64,000 nucleotides of DNA, taken from contig CAXXGJ010000025.1 in assembly GCA_963677895.2 (NCBI GenBank), positions 224,001 to 288,000 of the forward strand, given 5' to 3'. The translations under genes and the position numbers were made by a program. The stretch comes from Treponemataceae bacterium (GTDB taxonomy: Bacteria > Spirochaetota > Spirochaetia > Treponematales > Rectinemataceae). Below, one piece after another: positions 39,668-49,398 of this stretch. The number at the start of each line of letters is the position of its first letter. Positions within the stretch are counted from its first letter, which is position 1. The notes beneath the pieces were generated by a model. It was not told where the DNA came from, made no database searches, and was given only the letters and a program-made list of their open reading frames with translations.

Positions 39668-40504
39668 TCAGAGACCGGCCTTGGCCTTCACGCGATTGCG
39701 TCCATCCTTGGCGAACTGGAAGCCCGCGTTGAGTTCCAGGGCCTTTCCGTAAGTTTCATAGGCGCGTTTGTACTGGCCCAGCATTTCCTTCACGGCGCCC
39801 AGCCTGTACCACCAGTAGTACATGCTCTTTTCCATCGTGACGGCGGTGGAAAAGGCTATGTCGGCATGTTCGTACTTCTTGAGCCTCATGTAGCATTCGC
39901 CCACGTAATAATAGGCGCTGGACATCCTCTCCTCGCGCTCGGGAGCCCGCGCGAAATAATCCGCGAAATATTGAAGCGCTTCCTCGTTGCGGTCGAGGAA
40001 GTAGAGCGATTCGGCCATGGTCTCCATAATCCTGAAATCCTGGACAGTCTGGAGCGCCTTCTGGCCTATGGTCACGACTTCCTTGTGGCGATCCAGGCGG
40101 AAAAGGTTCCAGCACTGGAGGCTGATGAGGTCGGGATTGGCGGAGTCGGAGGGAAGGAGTTTCTCGATCATCGCGAGCGAGGAGGAGAAAACCTTGTCCG
40201 CTTCGGCTTCCCTGCCGGCCATCTGAAGCTGGCGTCCTCTCTGATAGAGCTGGGCCGCCGTCTGGTAGGAAGGGCCGGAGGGCGCGGGATTCGTCGCGGT
40301 TGCGGGATTCGTCGCCGACGAGGGGATCGGCGCCGCCGGCTTCGTCGCTGTCGTTATCGTCGTCGTGCTCGTGACGCTCGCTTCGGGCGGATTCTGTCTG
40401 CCTTGGCCATAGGAGGCCGCGGCGGCCGCGAAGGCCAGGACAAAGGCCAGGCAGAGCATCATGGATTTAGGCGGCAATGCGCGCCGCCGCCTTCGAGTGA
40501 CCAT
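39668..40504 (-). CDS. Exported TPR-repeat protein with a Thr/Pro/Ala-rich linker
   Basis: Signal peptide, low-complexity linker, TPR helices (AYYYVGECY, WWYRLG..YGKALELN). Confidence 0.85.
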   Translation of the reverse strand: MVTRRRRRALPPKSMMLCLAFVLAFAAAAASYGQGRQNPPEASVTSTTTITTATKPAAPIPSSATNPATATNPAPSGPSYQTAAQLYQRGRQLQMAGREAEADKVFSSSLAMIEKLLPSDSANPDLISLQCWNLFRLDRHKEVVTIGQKALQTVQDFRIMETMAESLYFLDRNEEALQYFADYFARAPEREERMSSAYYYVGECYMRLKKYEHADIAFSTAVTMEKSMYYWWYRLGAVKEMLGQYKRAYETYGKALELNAGFQFAKDGRNRVKAKAGL

Positions 40505-41985
40505 TATTGCAGCACCTCGTTGATAGCCGCGGCGGCGCGCCTTCCCTCGCCCATGGCGAGGATGACGGTGGCCGCCCCGAGCACGATGTCGCCGCCCGCG
40601 TAGACACGATCGATGCTCGTCTTCTGCTTTTCGTCGACGAGGATGTGGCCCCGCCGATCCACCTTGAGTTCGGGCGTCGTCCTGGAGATGAGGGGATTGG
40701 ATTCGTTGCCTACGGCCACGATCACGGTGTCGAAGGGAGCGACCGTCTCGCTGCCGCGGATGGCCACGGGGCTGCGCCTTCCCGAGGCGTCGGCCTCACC
40801 GAGTTCGAAGGCCGTCACTTCCAGGCCTATCACCCTTCCGTTCTGGTCGCCGAGGACCCTCGCCGGGCTGCGCAGGAAATCGAAGATGATGCCCTCTTCC
40901 ATGGCATGAACGACTTCCTCGCCCCTGGCCGGCATTTCTTCCCTCGTGCGCCGGTAAAGGATATGGACTTCCTCGGCGCCCAGCCGCATGGCCATGCGCG
41001 CCGAGTCCATGGCGACATTGCCGCCGCCGAGAACGGCCACCCGTCTTGAAGGATAGAGAGGCGTCGCGGCCTCTCCCTTTCGGTAGGCTTTCATGAGGTT
41101 GGTCCGGGTGAGGTATTCGTTGGCGCTGAAGACGCCGACGAGGTTTTCTCCGGGTATGTCCATGAATTTGGGCAGGCCCGCGCCAGTGCCGATGAAGGCG
41201 GCGCTGAAGCCGTCTTCCGCGAGAAGGGCCGAGAGTTTTCTTGTGCGTCCGACGAGGTAGCTCATCTCGAAGCTCACGCCCATGGATTCGAGGACGCCCG
41301 CCTCCGAAGCGACCAGAGCCTTGGGCAACCTGAATTCCGGAATTCCGTACACCATGACGCCGCCGGCCTTGTGGAAGGCTTCGAAGACGACGACCTCGTG
41401 TCCCTGTCTTCTCACGTCCACGGCGCAGGTGAGTCCGGCGGGGCCGGCGCCCACGATGGCCACTTTCTTGCCCGTCGAGGCGGCGGCGGGAGGCGGCGCG
41501 AGGAGGCCTGAGTTCCGCTCGTAGTCGGCCACGAATCGTTCGATCCTGCCGATCTGGACGCCTTTTTCGACGCTTTTGAGCGCCTTGCCGAGGGTACAGG
41601 GCAGCTGGCACTGCTTTTCCTGGGGACAGACTCTTCCGCAAATCGAGGGCAGAAGGTTCGTGCGCTTGATCACCGTAGCCGCTCCGGCGAAGTCCCCTTC
41701 CCTGACCTTCCCTATGAATCCGGGAATGTCGACGCGGACGGGGCAGCCGGCGACGCAGGGGGCGTTTTTGCACTGGAGGCAGCGCTCCGCCTCCACCATG
41801 GCCTGCTCAGGCAGATAGCCCGTGGCGACCTCGTCCATGTTGCTCCGCCGTAGGTCCGGATTCTGATTGGGCATTTCCTGCACGGGAATCGCCATTCTGT
41901 CCCTGGGCGTCAGCGTCATCGATCGGATCCTGTCGAGTTCGAGTCTCGCGCTGTTCTCGTTGTATGTTTTGTCCATATGGCTCAT
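40504..41985 (-). CDS. nfnB: NfnB / GltD-like large subunit of electron-bifurcating transhydrogenase
   Basis: ERCLQCKNAPCVAGCPV, CGRVCPQEKQC, GAGPAG, YGIPEFRLP, GGGNVAMD, GGDIVLGAATVI; directly follows nfnA. Confidence 0.85.
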   Translation of the reverse strand: MSHMDKTYNENSARLELDRIRSMTLTPRDRMAIPVQEMPNQNPDLRRSNMDEVATGYLPEQAMVEAERCLQCKNAPCVAGCPVRVDIPGFIGKVREGDFAGAATVIKRTNLLPSICGRVCPQEKQCQLPCTLGKALKSVEKGVQIGRIERFVADYERNSGLLAPPPAAASTGKKVAIVGAGPAGLTCAVDVRRQGHEVVVFEAFHKAGGVMVYGIPEFRLPKALVASEAGVLESMGVSFEMSYLVGRTRKLSALLAEDGFSAAFIGTGAGLPKFMDIPGENLVGVFSANEYLTRTNLMKAYRKGEAATPLYPSRRVAVLGGGNVAMDSARMAMRLGAEEVHILYRRTREEMPARGEEVVHAMEEGIIFDFLRSPARVLGDQNGRVIGLEVTAFELGEADASGRRSPVAIRGSETVAPFDTVIVAVGNESNPLISRTTPELKVDRRGHILVDEKQKTSIDRVYAGGDIVLGAATVILAMGEGRRAAAAINEVLQ

Positions 41986-42854
41986 TTCGCGGCATCCTTC
42001 GCCTTGAGCGCTTCCACCGACATTTCGAGGTGGCATCGGTCGTGATCGGCCTGTTCGAGGCTTTTATAGGCCCCGAGCCTCGTCATCATCTGCGCCCAAT
42101 CCACCTCGTGCGCGTCGAATTCGGGGCCGTCGACGCAGACGAATTTCGTCTGCCCGCCCACCGACACCCTGCATCCGCCGCACATGCCCGTGCCGTCGAT
42201 CATAATGGTGTTGAGCGAGGCGAGGGTTTTGACGCCAAAGGGCTTGGTCGTCGCGGCGCAGAATTTCATCATGACGGGCGGTCCCACCGTCACGACGATG
42301 TCGGGCGGGGGCGTCCGGCCGCAGAGTTCGCCGAGCGGTTCGGTGACGAGGGCTTTCCTTCCCGCCGTTCCGTCGTCCGTGACGACGATATTCTCGTCGG
42401 CCAGCGCGTTCATTTCGTCCTGCATGATGAGAAGCTCGGCGGTGCGGGCTCCCGAAATAACCGTGACCCTGTTGCCGGCGGCTTTCAGCGCCTTGACGAT
42501 GGGGTGCAGGGGGGCGAGGCCTATGCCTCCTCCCACGCAGACCGCCCAGCCGAATTTTTCTATATGAGTGGGGTTGCCCAGAGGGCCGAGAAGGACGACA
42601 CCGTCTCCCGGTTCCTTGAGCGCCAGTTTATGGGTGCTCGCGCCGACGGTCTGGAAAATTATCGTCACGGATCCGGCTTCCGGATTCGCGTCGGCGATCG
42701 TGAGAGGTATCCGCTCGGCGTAGTTCTCGTCGCACTGGACGATGACGAACTGGCCGGCCTTGCGTTCCCTGGCTACGAGGGGCGCCTCGATTTCCATCCT
42801 GTATACTTCATCGGAAAGCTTTCGTTTGGAGAGTATTTTGTGTTCACCGTGCAT
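41982..42854 (-). CDS. nfnA: NfnA / SudB small subunit (FAD, 2Fe-2S)
   Basis: AGQFVIV..ERIPLTIAD, GPLGNP, GGGIG, MIDGTGMCGGCRV..CVDGPEF. Confidence 0.88.
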   Translation of the reverse strand: MHGEHKILSKRKLSDEVYRMEIEAPLVARERKAGQFVIVQCDENYAERIPLTIADANPEAGSVTIIFQTVGASTHKLALKEPGDGVVLLGPLGNPTHIEKFGWAVCVGGGIGLAPLHPIVKALKAAGNRVTVISGARTAELLIMQDEMNALADENIVVTDDGTAGRKALVTEPLGELCGRTPPPDIVVTVGPPVMMKFCAATTKPFGVKTLASLNTIMIDGTGMCGGCRVSVGGQTKFVCVDGPEFDAHEVDWAQMMTRLGAYKSLEQADHDRCHLEMSVEALKAKDAAK

Positions 42855-42946
42855 TGGCGTCCCTTTTGCGGATCGTGCCCGCGTTGACGATTATGTCCAG
42901 TATGACATTTCTTCGACGATAGTTGAAGAGGCGCCGACGCATTTCA

Positions 42947-43753
42947 TCATGAGAGGAGGGTGTCCTCGGGCCATGTGCCCTTCACCCTCGAAAGAGGAGC
43001 CACCCTGCAGCGGGCTCCCAGGATGCTTCCTGGATTCAGGACGCTGTTGCATCCCACTTCACAGGAATCGCCGAGCAGCGCGCCGAATTTTTCCAGACCC
43101 GTATCGAGAAGCGTTGGTCTATCGTGGACATCGGCGCCGTCCTGGCCTATGGCTGCCTGGCCTATGCCATCCCGCCCCTCCACGGCTCCCTTGCCGAGAA
43201 GAGCGGCCCTCACGTGACGCTTATCGAGCCGCACGTTGGAGAGTATGACGCCCGCGCCGATATGGGCCTTAACGCCCAAGATAGAGTCGCCCACATAGTT
43301 GAAATGCGGCGCCTGCGCCCCTTCGAGCATGATGCAGCGCTTGAATTCGCAGGCATGGCCGAGCACGGCGCCGTCGGCCGCGAGCACCGTCCCGCGCAAA
43401 TATGCCCCCTGCCGTATTTCGCAGCGGTCGCCGATCCAGGCGGGTCCCCTTATGTAGGCGCCGGTCTCGATAACGCAGTCCGCGCCGATGTGCACGCTGC
43501 CTTCTATGTGAACACCCTGTTCGATGCGCGTCCGCGGGCCTATCCGGAGATCGCCCGTTATCAGCGGGTTGTCTTTCGCCGAAGCTTCGCTGCCGGCGAA
43601 GGGATCCTCGGACAGAAGCATGTCGAGATAGGCATCGAGGGCGGAAAGCGCCTCCCAGGGCAGATCGAGATAGGCGAATAGCCTCGCGTGGGTGGTCGCC
43701 GACGGATCGAAGAGGGCAGGCAATCCCTCCCATCGTTTCATGATCTGGCTCAT
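42947..43753 (-). CDS. Hexapeptide-repeat acyltransferase (GlmU C-terminal-like)
   Basis: Left-handed beta-helix repeats, PHFNYVGDSILG..HIGAGVILSN, KFGALLGD..VGCNSVLNPG. Confidence 0.85.
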   Translation of the reverse strand: MSQIMKRWEGLPALFDPSATTHARLFAYLDLPWEALSALDAYLDMLLSEDPFAGSEASAKDNPLITGDLRIGPRTRIEQGVHIEGSVHIGADCVIETGAYIRGPAWIGDRCEIRQGAYLRGTVLAADGAVLGHACEFKRCIMLEGAQAPHFNYVGDSILGVKAHIGAGVILSNVRLDKRHVRAALLGKGAVEGRDGIGQAAIGQDGADVHDRPTLLDTGLEKFGALLGDSCEVGCNSVLNPGSILGARCRVAPLSRVKGTWPEDTLLS

Positions 43754-44688
43754 AGCGGTTTCCTCCCCTCTTTTCCGTACTCGTTCCACAATGGCTCGGG
43801 ATATTCCCCGCGCTCGGTACGCTCGGCTATCGCTTTCCTGGCATCCAAGATGTCGTCGGGATTGGTGAGGCCGAAATACTCCTCGGTCACGGGCAGGGCC
43901 ATGACCTGCGCCGCTCCTTCATCCATCATGCCGCCGATCACCGTGGGCAGGTAGAATTCCGACCGGCTCCAGTGGGCGGGATCGGAGAGGAACTCCGAAA
44001 AAAGCCGCTCGGCGAACGGGAACACGGCCGGGGTCAGCCCCCAGAGATTCATCGATATGGGCAGTTCGGGCGAAAGCGCTTCCGCCGATCCATCGGCCCG
44101 GACGGAATAGATTGTTCCCGACCTGATCTCGACCCTTGTGTGCTCCACTATTTTTTTAAGCCAGCCCTCGGCATCGATGGCGCAGATCGCCCTGGATACC
44201 GATCCGGAGCCCGGGACGACGTTGCCCAGCCTGTATCCCGCCAGGCAGAATCGCGCCGGAGTATTTCCGGCAAGGAAGCCATGGACGGCCCGGAAGCTCT
44301 GCTTGCCGTAGAAGTCGTCGGCGTTTATCACGGCGAAGGGGCCGTCCTCGAGCAAATGGCGGGCGCAGAGAAGGGCGTGGCCGGTACCCCAGGGTTTCGT
44401 CCTTCCATTCCGGGACAGATCCGCCCTGAATTTTTCGGGGATCGCCGTATCGGGCGACTGGAAGGCCAATTCCACGGGCAGGGTCCGCGGCAGGCGCGAG
44501 AGCACATGCGTCCTGAAATCATGCTCAATATCCTTCCTGATAAGGAAAACGACGCTGTCGAAGCCCGCCTCAAGCGCGTTGTAGACGTTATATTCTAACA
44601 GGGTTTCCCCCGCGGAGCCGATCGCCGCCAATTGCTTCACGCCGCCGAAACGGGAGCCCAGTCCCGCCGCGAGAATCGCTAATTTCAT
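43750..44688 (-). CDS. Sugar-phosphate nucleotidyltransferase
   Basis: LAAGLGSRFGGVKQL, KPWGTGHA, VINADDFYG, SMNLWG, EFYLP. Confidence 0.88.
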   Translation of the reverse strand: MKLAILAAGLGSRFGGVKQLAAIGSAGETLLEYNVYNALEAGFDSVVFLIRKDIEHDFRTHVLSRLPRTLPVELAFQSPDTAIPEKFRADLSRNGRTKPWGTGHALLCARHLLEDGPFAVINADDFYGKQSFRAVHGFLAGNTPARFCLAGYRLGNVVPGSGSVSRAICAIDAEGWLKKIVEHTRVEIRSGTIYSVRADGSAEALSPELPISMNLWGLTPAVFPFAERLFSEFLSDPAHWSRSEFYLPTVIGGMMDEGAAQVMALPVTEEYFGLTNPDDILDARKAIAERTERGEYPEPLWNEYGKEGRKPL

Positions 44689-44794
44689 ACCTCCACTATA
44701 ATCATGGCGTTTCGTTGGTCAATCACCGCAGCGCAGAATTTGAAAGGCTCTTCGCGCGCCGGCGACAATTTGTCCGCGAGTCCCGTACTGTCTA

Positions 44795-44823
44795 TTGAAA
44801 ATTTCAGGAATTCATTGTACGCT
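44795..44823 (+). promoter_or_regulatory. Putative sigma70 promoter of nifJ
   Basis: TTGAAA-N17-TACGCT about 140 nt upstream of the ATG. Confidence 0.6.
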
Positions 44824-44960
44824 GATGGGGCTTTTCAGGCGGATCTCCGCATTGCAGCATCACAGTCTCCACATTCTTCTTTTTACAGCGAGCGGTGCCC
44901 ACATGGGGTGCTCTTGACCCGAAAAGCCCATTAATCCCCATCCCCAAATAAGGAACTACA

Positions 44961-47900
44961 ATGGCTGATTCCAAGAACATGGTGATGATCGACGGAAACG
45001 CCGCGGCAGCTTATGTGGCACATGCCTGCTCCGAAGTGATCGCGATCTACCCCATCACTCCATCCTCACCTATGGGAGAACTCGCCGACGAGTTTTCCGC
45101 CATGGGCAGAAAGAACCTCTGGGGGACCATACCGCAAGTCACGGAAATGCAGTCCGAAGCCGGAGCGGCCGGAGCGGTGCATGGAGCCCTGACGGCGGGA
45201 GCGCTTTCCACGACCTTCACCGCTTCGCAAGGTCTCCTCCTCATGATCCCCAACATGTACAAGATCGCCGGCGAGGCGATCTCCACCGTCTTCCATATCG
45301 CCGCGCGCGCCGTGGCCGCTCAGGCCCTCTCCATTTTCGGAGACCACCAGGACGTCATGGCGGCCCGCCAGACGGGATGGGCCCTCCTCGCTTCCAACAA
45401 CGTCCAGGAAGTGATGGACTTCGCGCTCATCGCCCACGCAGCCACCCTCAAGACCAGGGTTCCCTTCGTCCATTTCTTCGACGGCTTCAGGACCTCCCAC
45501 GAGGTGCAGAAAGTCGAGGAACTCACCACCGCGACAATGAAGAAAATGATCTCCGAAGACCTTGTCCGCGCGCACCGCGCCCGCGGCCTCACGCCCGAGA
45601 CGCCCTTCATCCGCGGCACCAGCCAGAACCCCGACGTCTACTTCGCGGGACGCGAAGCCGTCAACAAATTCTATGACGCCACGCCCGGAATCGTCGAAGA
45701 GACCATGAAGGAATTCGAGAAACTCACCGGACGCGGCTACAAGCTCTTCGAGTACGTCGGAGCGCCCGACGCCGACCGCATCGCCATCGTGATGGGTTCC
45801 GGAGCGGACACCGTCGAGGAGACCGTCAACTATCTCGTGGCCCACGGCGAGAAAGTCGGCGCGATCAAGGTGCACCTCTTCCGCCCCTTCTCCGTCGAGA
45901 GCTTCATCTCCGCGATTCCCGCGACCGTCAAGTCCATCGCCGTCCTCGACAGGACCAAGGAGCCGGGCGCCATCGGCGAACCGCTCTACGAAGACGTCCG
46001 CACGGCCATCGGCGAAGCCATGGGCGCAGGAAAATCCAACTTCAAGAGCTGGCCCACCGTCGGCGGCGGCAGGTACGGTCTCGGTTCCTTCGAGTTCACC
46101 CCGGCCATGGCCAAGGCTGTCTTCGACAACCTCAAGGCGAAAGAGCCCAAGAACCACTTCACGATCGGCATCAACGACGACGTGACCTTCACCAGCATCG
46201 CCTACGACGAGGAATTCACCCTCGACGACGATGGCGTGAAGGAATGCCTCTTTTACGGCCTCGGTTCCGACGGCACGGTCGGCGCCAACAAGAACTCCAT
46301 CAAGATCATCGGCGACGAAACCCCGAACTCCGCCCAGGGCTACTTCTTCTACGATTCGAAGAAGGCCGGAAGCTATACGATCAGCCATCTCCGCTTCGGC
46401 CCCAAGGCCATCAAGAAGCCTTATCTTATCAACCAGGCCGGCTTTATCGCCTGCCACAAGTTCGCCTTCGTCGAGAAGCTGGACATGCTCGCCAACGCCA
46501 AAAAGGGCGGCATATTCCTCCTCAACAGCCCCTTCCCCGCCGACAAGGTCTGGGATGAGCTCCCCGTCGAGGTCCAGCAGCGCATCATCGACAAGCAGCT
46601 GCGCTTCTACGTGATCGACGGCGTGGCCATCGCCGAAGCCTCGGGCATGGGCGGCCGCATCAACACCATCATGCAGACAGCCTTCTTCAAGATCTCCGGC
46701 GTACTGCCCGAGGAAGAAGCCGTCGCCATGATCAAGAAGTACACCGAGAAGACCTACCACAGAAAGGGCGCCGATATCGTCCAGAAGAACCTCGTCGCTA
46801 TCGACATGGCGCTCAACGCCACGCACAAGGTTCAGGTGGGCAAGGCGAATTCGACCAAGCACATGCTCGCGCCCGTTCCCGCCTACGCCCCGAAGTTCGT
46901 CAAGGAAACCCTCGGCGAGATGATCGCCATGCGCGGCGAGAAACTCCCCGTATCCAAGCTCCCCGACGACGGCACCTTCCCCACCGGAACGACCAAGTAC
47001 GAGAAGCGCAACATCGCCGAGAAGATCCCCGTCTGGAATCCCGAGATCTGCATCCAGTGCGGCAACTGCTCCATGGTCTGCCCCCATGCCGTCATCAGGC
47101 TCAAGGCTTACGAGCCCAAATACGCCGAGGGAGCTCCCGCTACCTTCAAGAGCGTCGACGCCAAGGGCAAGGAATTCACCGGCCTCAAGGCTACCCTCCA
47201 GGTCGCTCCCGAGGACTGCACCGGCTGCGGCGCCTGCGTGAACATCTGCCCGGTCAACGACAAGGTCAACGAAGGACGCAAGGCCATCAATCTCGAGGCT
47301 CAGACGCCCTTGCGCGAGCCCGAAGCGGCCAACTGGGACTTCTTCATGGCCATTCCCGACACGCCCGCCAAGTATCTCAACCTCGCGTTCCCCAAGAGCA
47401 TCGCGATGAAACGCCCCCTCTTCGAGTTCTCGGGCGCCTGCGCGGGCTGCGGCGAAACCCCCTATCTCAAACTCATGAGCCAGCTCTTCGGCGACCGCGC
47501 CCTTTGCGCCAACGCCACGGGCTGCTCCTCCATCTACGGCGGCAACCTCCCCACGACGCCCTACACCACCCGTCCCGACGGAAAAGGCCCGGCATGGTCC
47601 AACAGCCTCTTCGAGGACGCGGCCGAATTCGGCATGGGCATGAGGCTCACCTCCGAGAAGAAGACCGAATACGCGCGCGAACTCCTCACCGCGGCCAAGG
47701 GTAAGGGCGTTTCCGCCGAGCTCGCCGACAAGATTCTCGCCAACACGATGGACAGCGACGAAGATATCGAAGCGCAGCGCGCCTCGATCGAGGAACTCAA
47801 GGCGGCTATCGCCGGCGTCAAGGCCGAATGGGCCAAGGAACTCACCAACGTAGCGGGCGCCCTGATCAAGAAATCGCAGTGGATCATCGGCGGCGACGGA

Positions 47901-48521
47901 TGGGCTTACGACATCGGATTCGGCGGACTGGACCACGTGATCGCCTCGGGCAAGAACCTCAACATTCTGGTGCTCGACACCGAAGTCTATTCCAATACCG
48001 GCGGCCAGGCCTCCAAGTCCACGCCCGTCGGCGCCATCGCCAAGTTCGCCACCGCGGGCAAGGAAACGATGAAGAAAGACCTCGGCATGATCGCCATGAG
48101 CTATGGCTACGTCTATGTGGCCCAGATCGCCATGGGAAGCAATATGTCCCAGACCATCAAGGCGTTCAGGGAAGCCGAGAGCTACAACGGCCCGTCCATC
48201 ATCATCGCGTATTCGCACTGCATCAACCAGGGAATCAACATGACGAAGGGCATGAACCAGCAGAAGGCGGCCGTGGATTCGGGCGTCTGGCCCCTCTACC
48301 GCTACGACCCGAGACTCAAGGCCGAGGGCAAGAATCCCTTCCAGCTCGATTCCAAGGAACCGGATTTCTCCAAGCTCGAAAGCTACATGTACGCCGAGGT
48401 GCGGTTCAAGTCCCTGAGGGAAGCCAATCCCGAAAGGGCCGCGACCCTCCTGGCCAAGCAGCGCTCCCTCATTGAGCGCCGCTACAAGGAATACAGGTAC
48501 ATAGCCGACAGGACCTTCTAG
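44961..48521 (+). CDS. nifJ: Pyruvate:ferredoxin (flavodoxin) oxidoreductase
   Basis: YPITPSS, FTASQGLLLM, GLGSDGTVGANK, two CxxCxxCxxxCP motifs, GACAGCGE, GGDGWAYDIG, YSNTGGQ. Confidence 0.98.
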   Translation: MADSKNMVMIDGNAAAAYVAHACSEVIAIYPITPSSPMGELADEFSAMGRKNLWGTIPQVTEMQSEAGAAGAVHGALTAGALSTTFTASQGLLLMIPNMYKIAGEAISTVFHIAARAVAAQALSIFGDHQDVMAARQTGWALLASNNVQEVMDFALIAHAATLKTRVPFVHFFDGFRTSHEVQKVEELTTATMKKMISEDLVRAHRARGLTPETPFIRGTSQNPDVYFAGREAVNKFYDATPGIVEETMKEFEKLTGRGYKLFEYVGAPDADRIAIVMGSGADTVEETVNYLVAHGEKVGAIKVHLFRPFSVESFISAIPATVKSIAVLDRTKEPGAIGEPLYEDVRTAIGEAMGAGKSNFKSWPTVGGGRYGLGSFEFTPAMAKAVFDNLKAKEPKNHFTIGINDDVTFTSIAYDEEFTLDDDGVKECLFYGLGSDGTVGANKNSIKIIGDETPNSAQGYFFYDSKKAGSYTISHLRFGPKAIKKPYLINQAGFIACHKFAFVEKLDMLANAKKGGIFLLNSPFPADKVWDELPVEVQQRIIDKQLRFYVIDGVAIAEASGMGGRINTIMQTAFFKISGVLPEEEAVAMIKKYTEKTYHRKGADIVQKNLVAIDMALNATHKVQVGKANSTKHMLAPVPAYAPKFVKETLGEMIAMRGEKLPVSKLPDDGTFPTGTTKYEKRNIAEKIPVWNPEICIQCGNCSMVCPHAVIRLKAYEPKYAEGAPATFKSVDAKGKEFTGLKATLQVAPEDCTGCGACVNICPVNDKVNEGRKAINLEAQTPLREPEAANWDFFMAIPDTPAKYLNLAFPKSIAMKRPLFEFSGACAGCGETPYLKLMSQLFGDRALCANATGCSSIYGGNLPTTPYTTRPDGKGPAWSNSLFEDAAEFGMGMRLTSEKKTEYARELLTAAKGKGVSAELADKILANTMDSDEDIEAQRASIEELKAAIAGVKAEWAKELTNVAGALIKKSQWIIGGDGWAYDIGFGGLDHVIASGKNLNILVLDTEVYSNTGGQASKSTPVGAIAKFATAGKETMKKDLGMIAMSYGYVYVAQIAMGSNMSQTIKAFREAESYNGPSIIIAYSHCINQGINMTKGMNQQKAAVDSGVWPLYRYDPRLKAEGKNPFQLDSKEPDFSKLESYMYAEVRFKSLREANPERAATLLAKQRSLIERRYKEYRYIADRTF

Positions 48522-48534
48522 GATCCTCAGGCTT

Positions 48535-48578
48535 CGCGACAAAAAAGGGTGACCATGAGGTCACCCTTTTTTGTCGCG
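48535..48578. terminator. Bidirectional terminator after nifJ
   Basis: Perfect 20-bp arms CGCGACAAAAAAGGGTGACC-atga-GGTCACCCTTTTTTGTCGCG. Confidence 0.9.
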
Positions 48579-48660
48579 TCCGCGCTTCGCTTTTCTTTAT
48601 TAAGTTTTATGAATATATTAAAACTGTACGATTTACCGGCCACGAACGCGGGAGGTTGCT

Positions 48661-48930
48661 ATGGTCAACAAGAAGGTTTCCAAAATGCGTATCCCGAATC
48701 AAGGCAGTTCCGCGGGAAACGCGATTCCCCGCTGCATCGATCCAAGCGATATTCTCGAGCTGAATCTCGATTCCGACCGCAGGCTCCTGGTGACCGATGG
48801 CCAGCTCTGGGTCACCATACAGAATGACCACAAAGACTATATTCTCGGAGCGCACAGAGCCATGAACATTCCCAATCGGAAGCTTGTCCTCGTGGAGGCG
48901 GAAGAACCGACCTGTTTCCAGGTGGACTGA
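48661..48930 (+). CDS. DUF2917-like small cupin-fold protein
   Basis: VTDGQLWVTIQNDHKDYIL..VLVEA pattern; SD GGAGG. Confidence 0.7.
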   Translation: MVNKKVSKMRIPNQGSSAGNAIPRCIDPSDILELNLDSDRRLLVTDGQLWVTIQNDHKDYILGAHRAMNIPNRKLVLVEAEEPTCFQVD

Positions 48931-48980
48931 GGAGAGGGATTGACCGCGAGTCCGGAGTCCGCTATTTTTAGCCTACTCTT

Positions 48981-49346
48981 ATGAAAAAAATAGCGGCATA
49001 TAAGTTTACCGTCATATCAGCGATCCTTATCCTTGTGGCGCTTCTCCTTCCCTCATCCAATTTTTCCTCGATGCCTACGTTTTTCGGGATAGACAAGGTC
49101 GCCCATTTCTTCCTTTTTCTTCTTTTCACCCTTTCCTACACGCTCGAGTTCAGGCATTACAACGGGAGACTCCCCGGCATCCTCCACAGCGTCCTCTTCG
49201 TCCTCATCTTCATCGTGACATCGGAGCTTCTGCAGCTGCTTACGAGCTCCAGGCACTTTGAGTTCATGGACATGGCTTTCGACGCGGGAGGAGCGGCCGC
49301 AGCCTTCCTGGCCACGAGGCTGGGAGCGGGATCGCGCAGGAGCTAG
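48981..49346 (+). CDS. VanZ-family membrane protein
   Basis: DKVAHF..SELLQ..RHFEFMDMAFD. Confidence 0.85.
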   Translation: MKKIAAYKFTVISAILILVALLLPSSNFSSMPTFFGIDKVAHFFLFLLFTLSYTLEFRHYNGRLPGILHSVLFVLIFIVTSELLQLLTSSRHFEFMDMAFDAGGAAAAFLATRLGAGSRRS

Positions 49347-49366
49347 CGAATAAGGGCAGAGTACAT

Positions 49367-49398
49367 AAAAGAAGCGGCGCTTCCGAAGAAACGCCGCT
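49367..49398 (-). terminator. Intrinsic terminator with a cUUCGg tetraloop
   Basis: Minus strand AGCGGCGTTTC-TTCG-GAAGCGCCGCT-TCTTTT. Confidence 0.85.

Noticed and set aside
45066..48542. 1158-aa antisense ORF opposite nifJ (also those opposite priA, hutH, MATE, MFS and the deaminase)
   Set aside because: Shadow frames expected from strong C/G third-position bias; no recognisable motifs or translation signals.
48535..48578. 20-bp perfect inverted repeat as a MITE or IS end
   Set aside because: A 4-nt loop, A/T tracts and position just after the nifJ stop fit a terminator; no target duplication or second copy seen.
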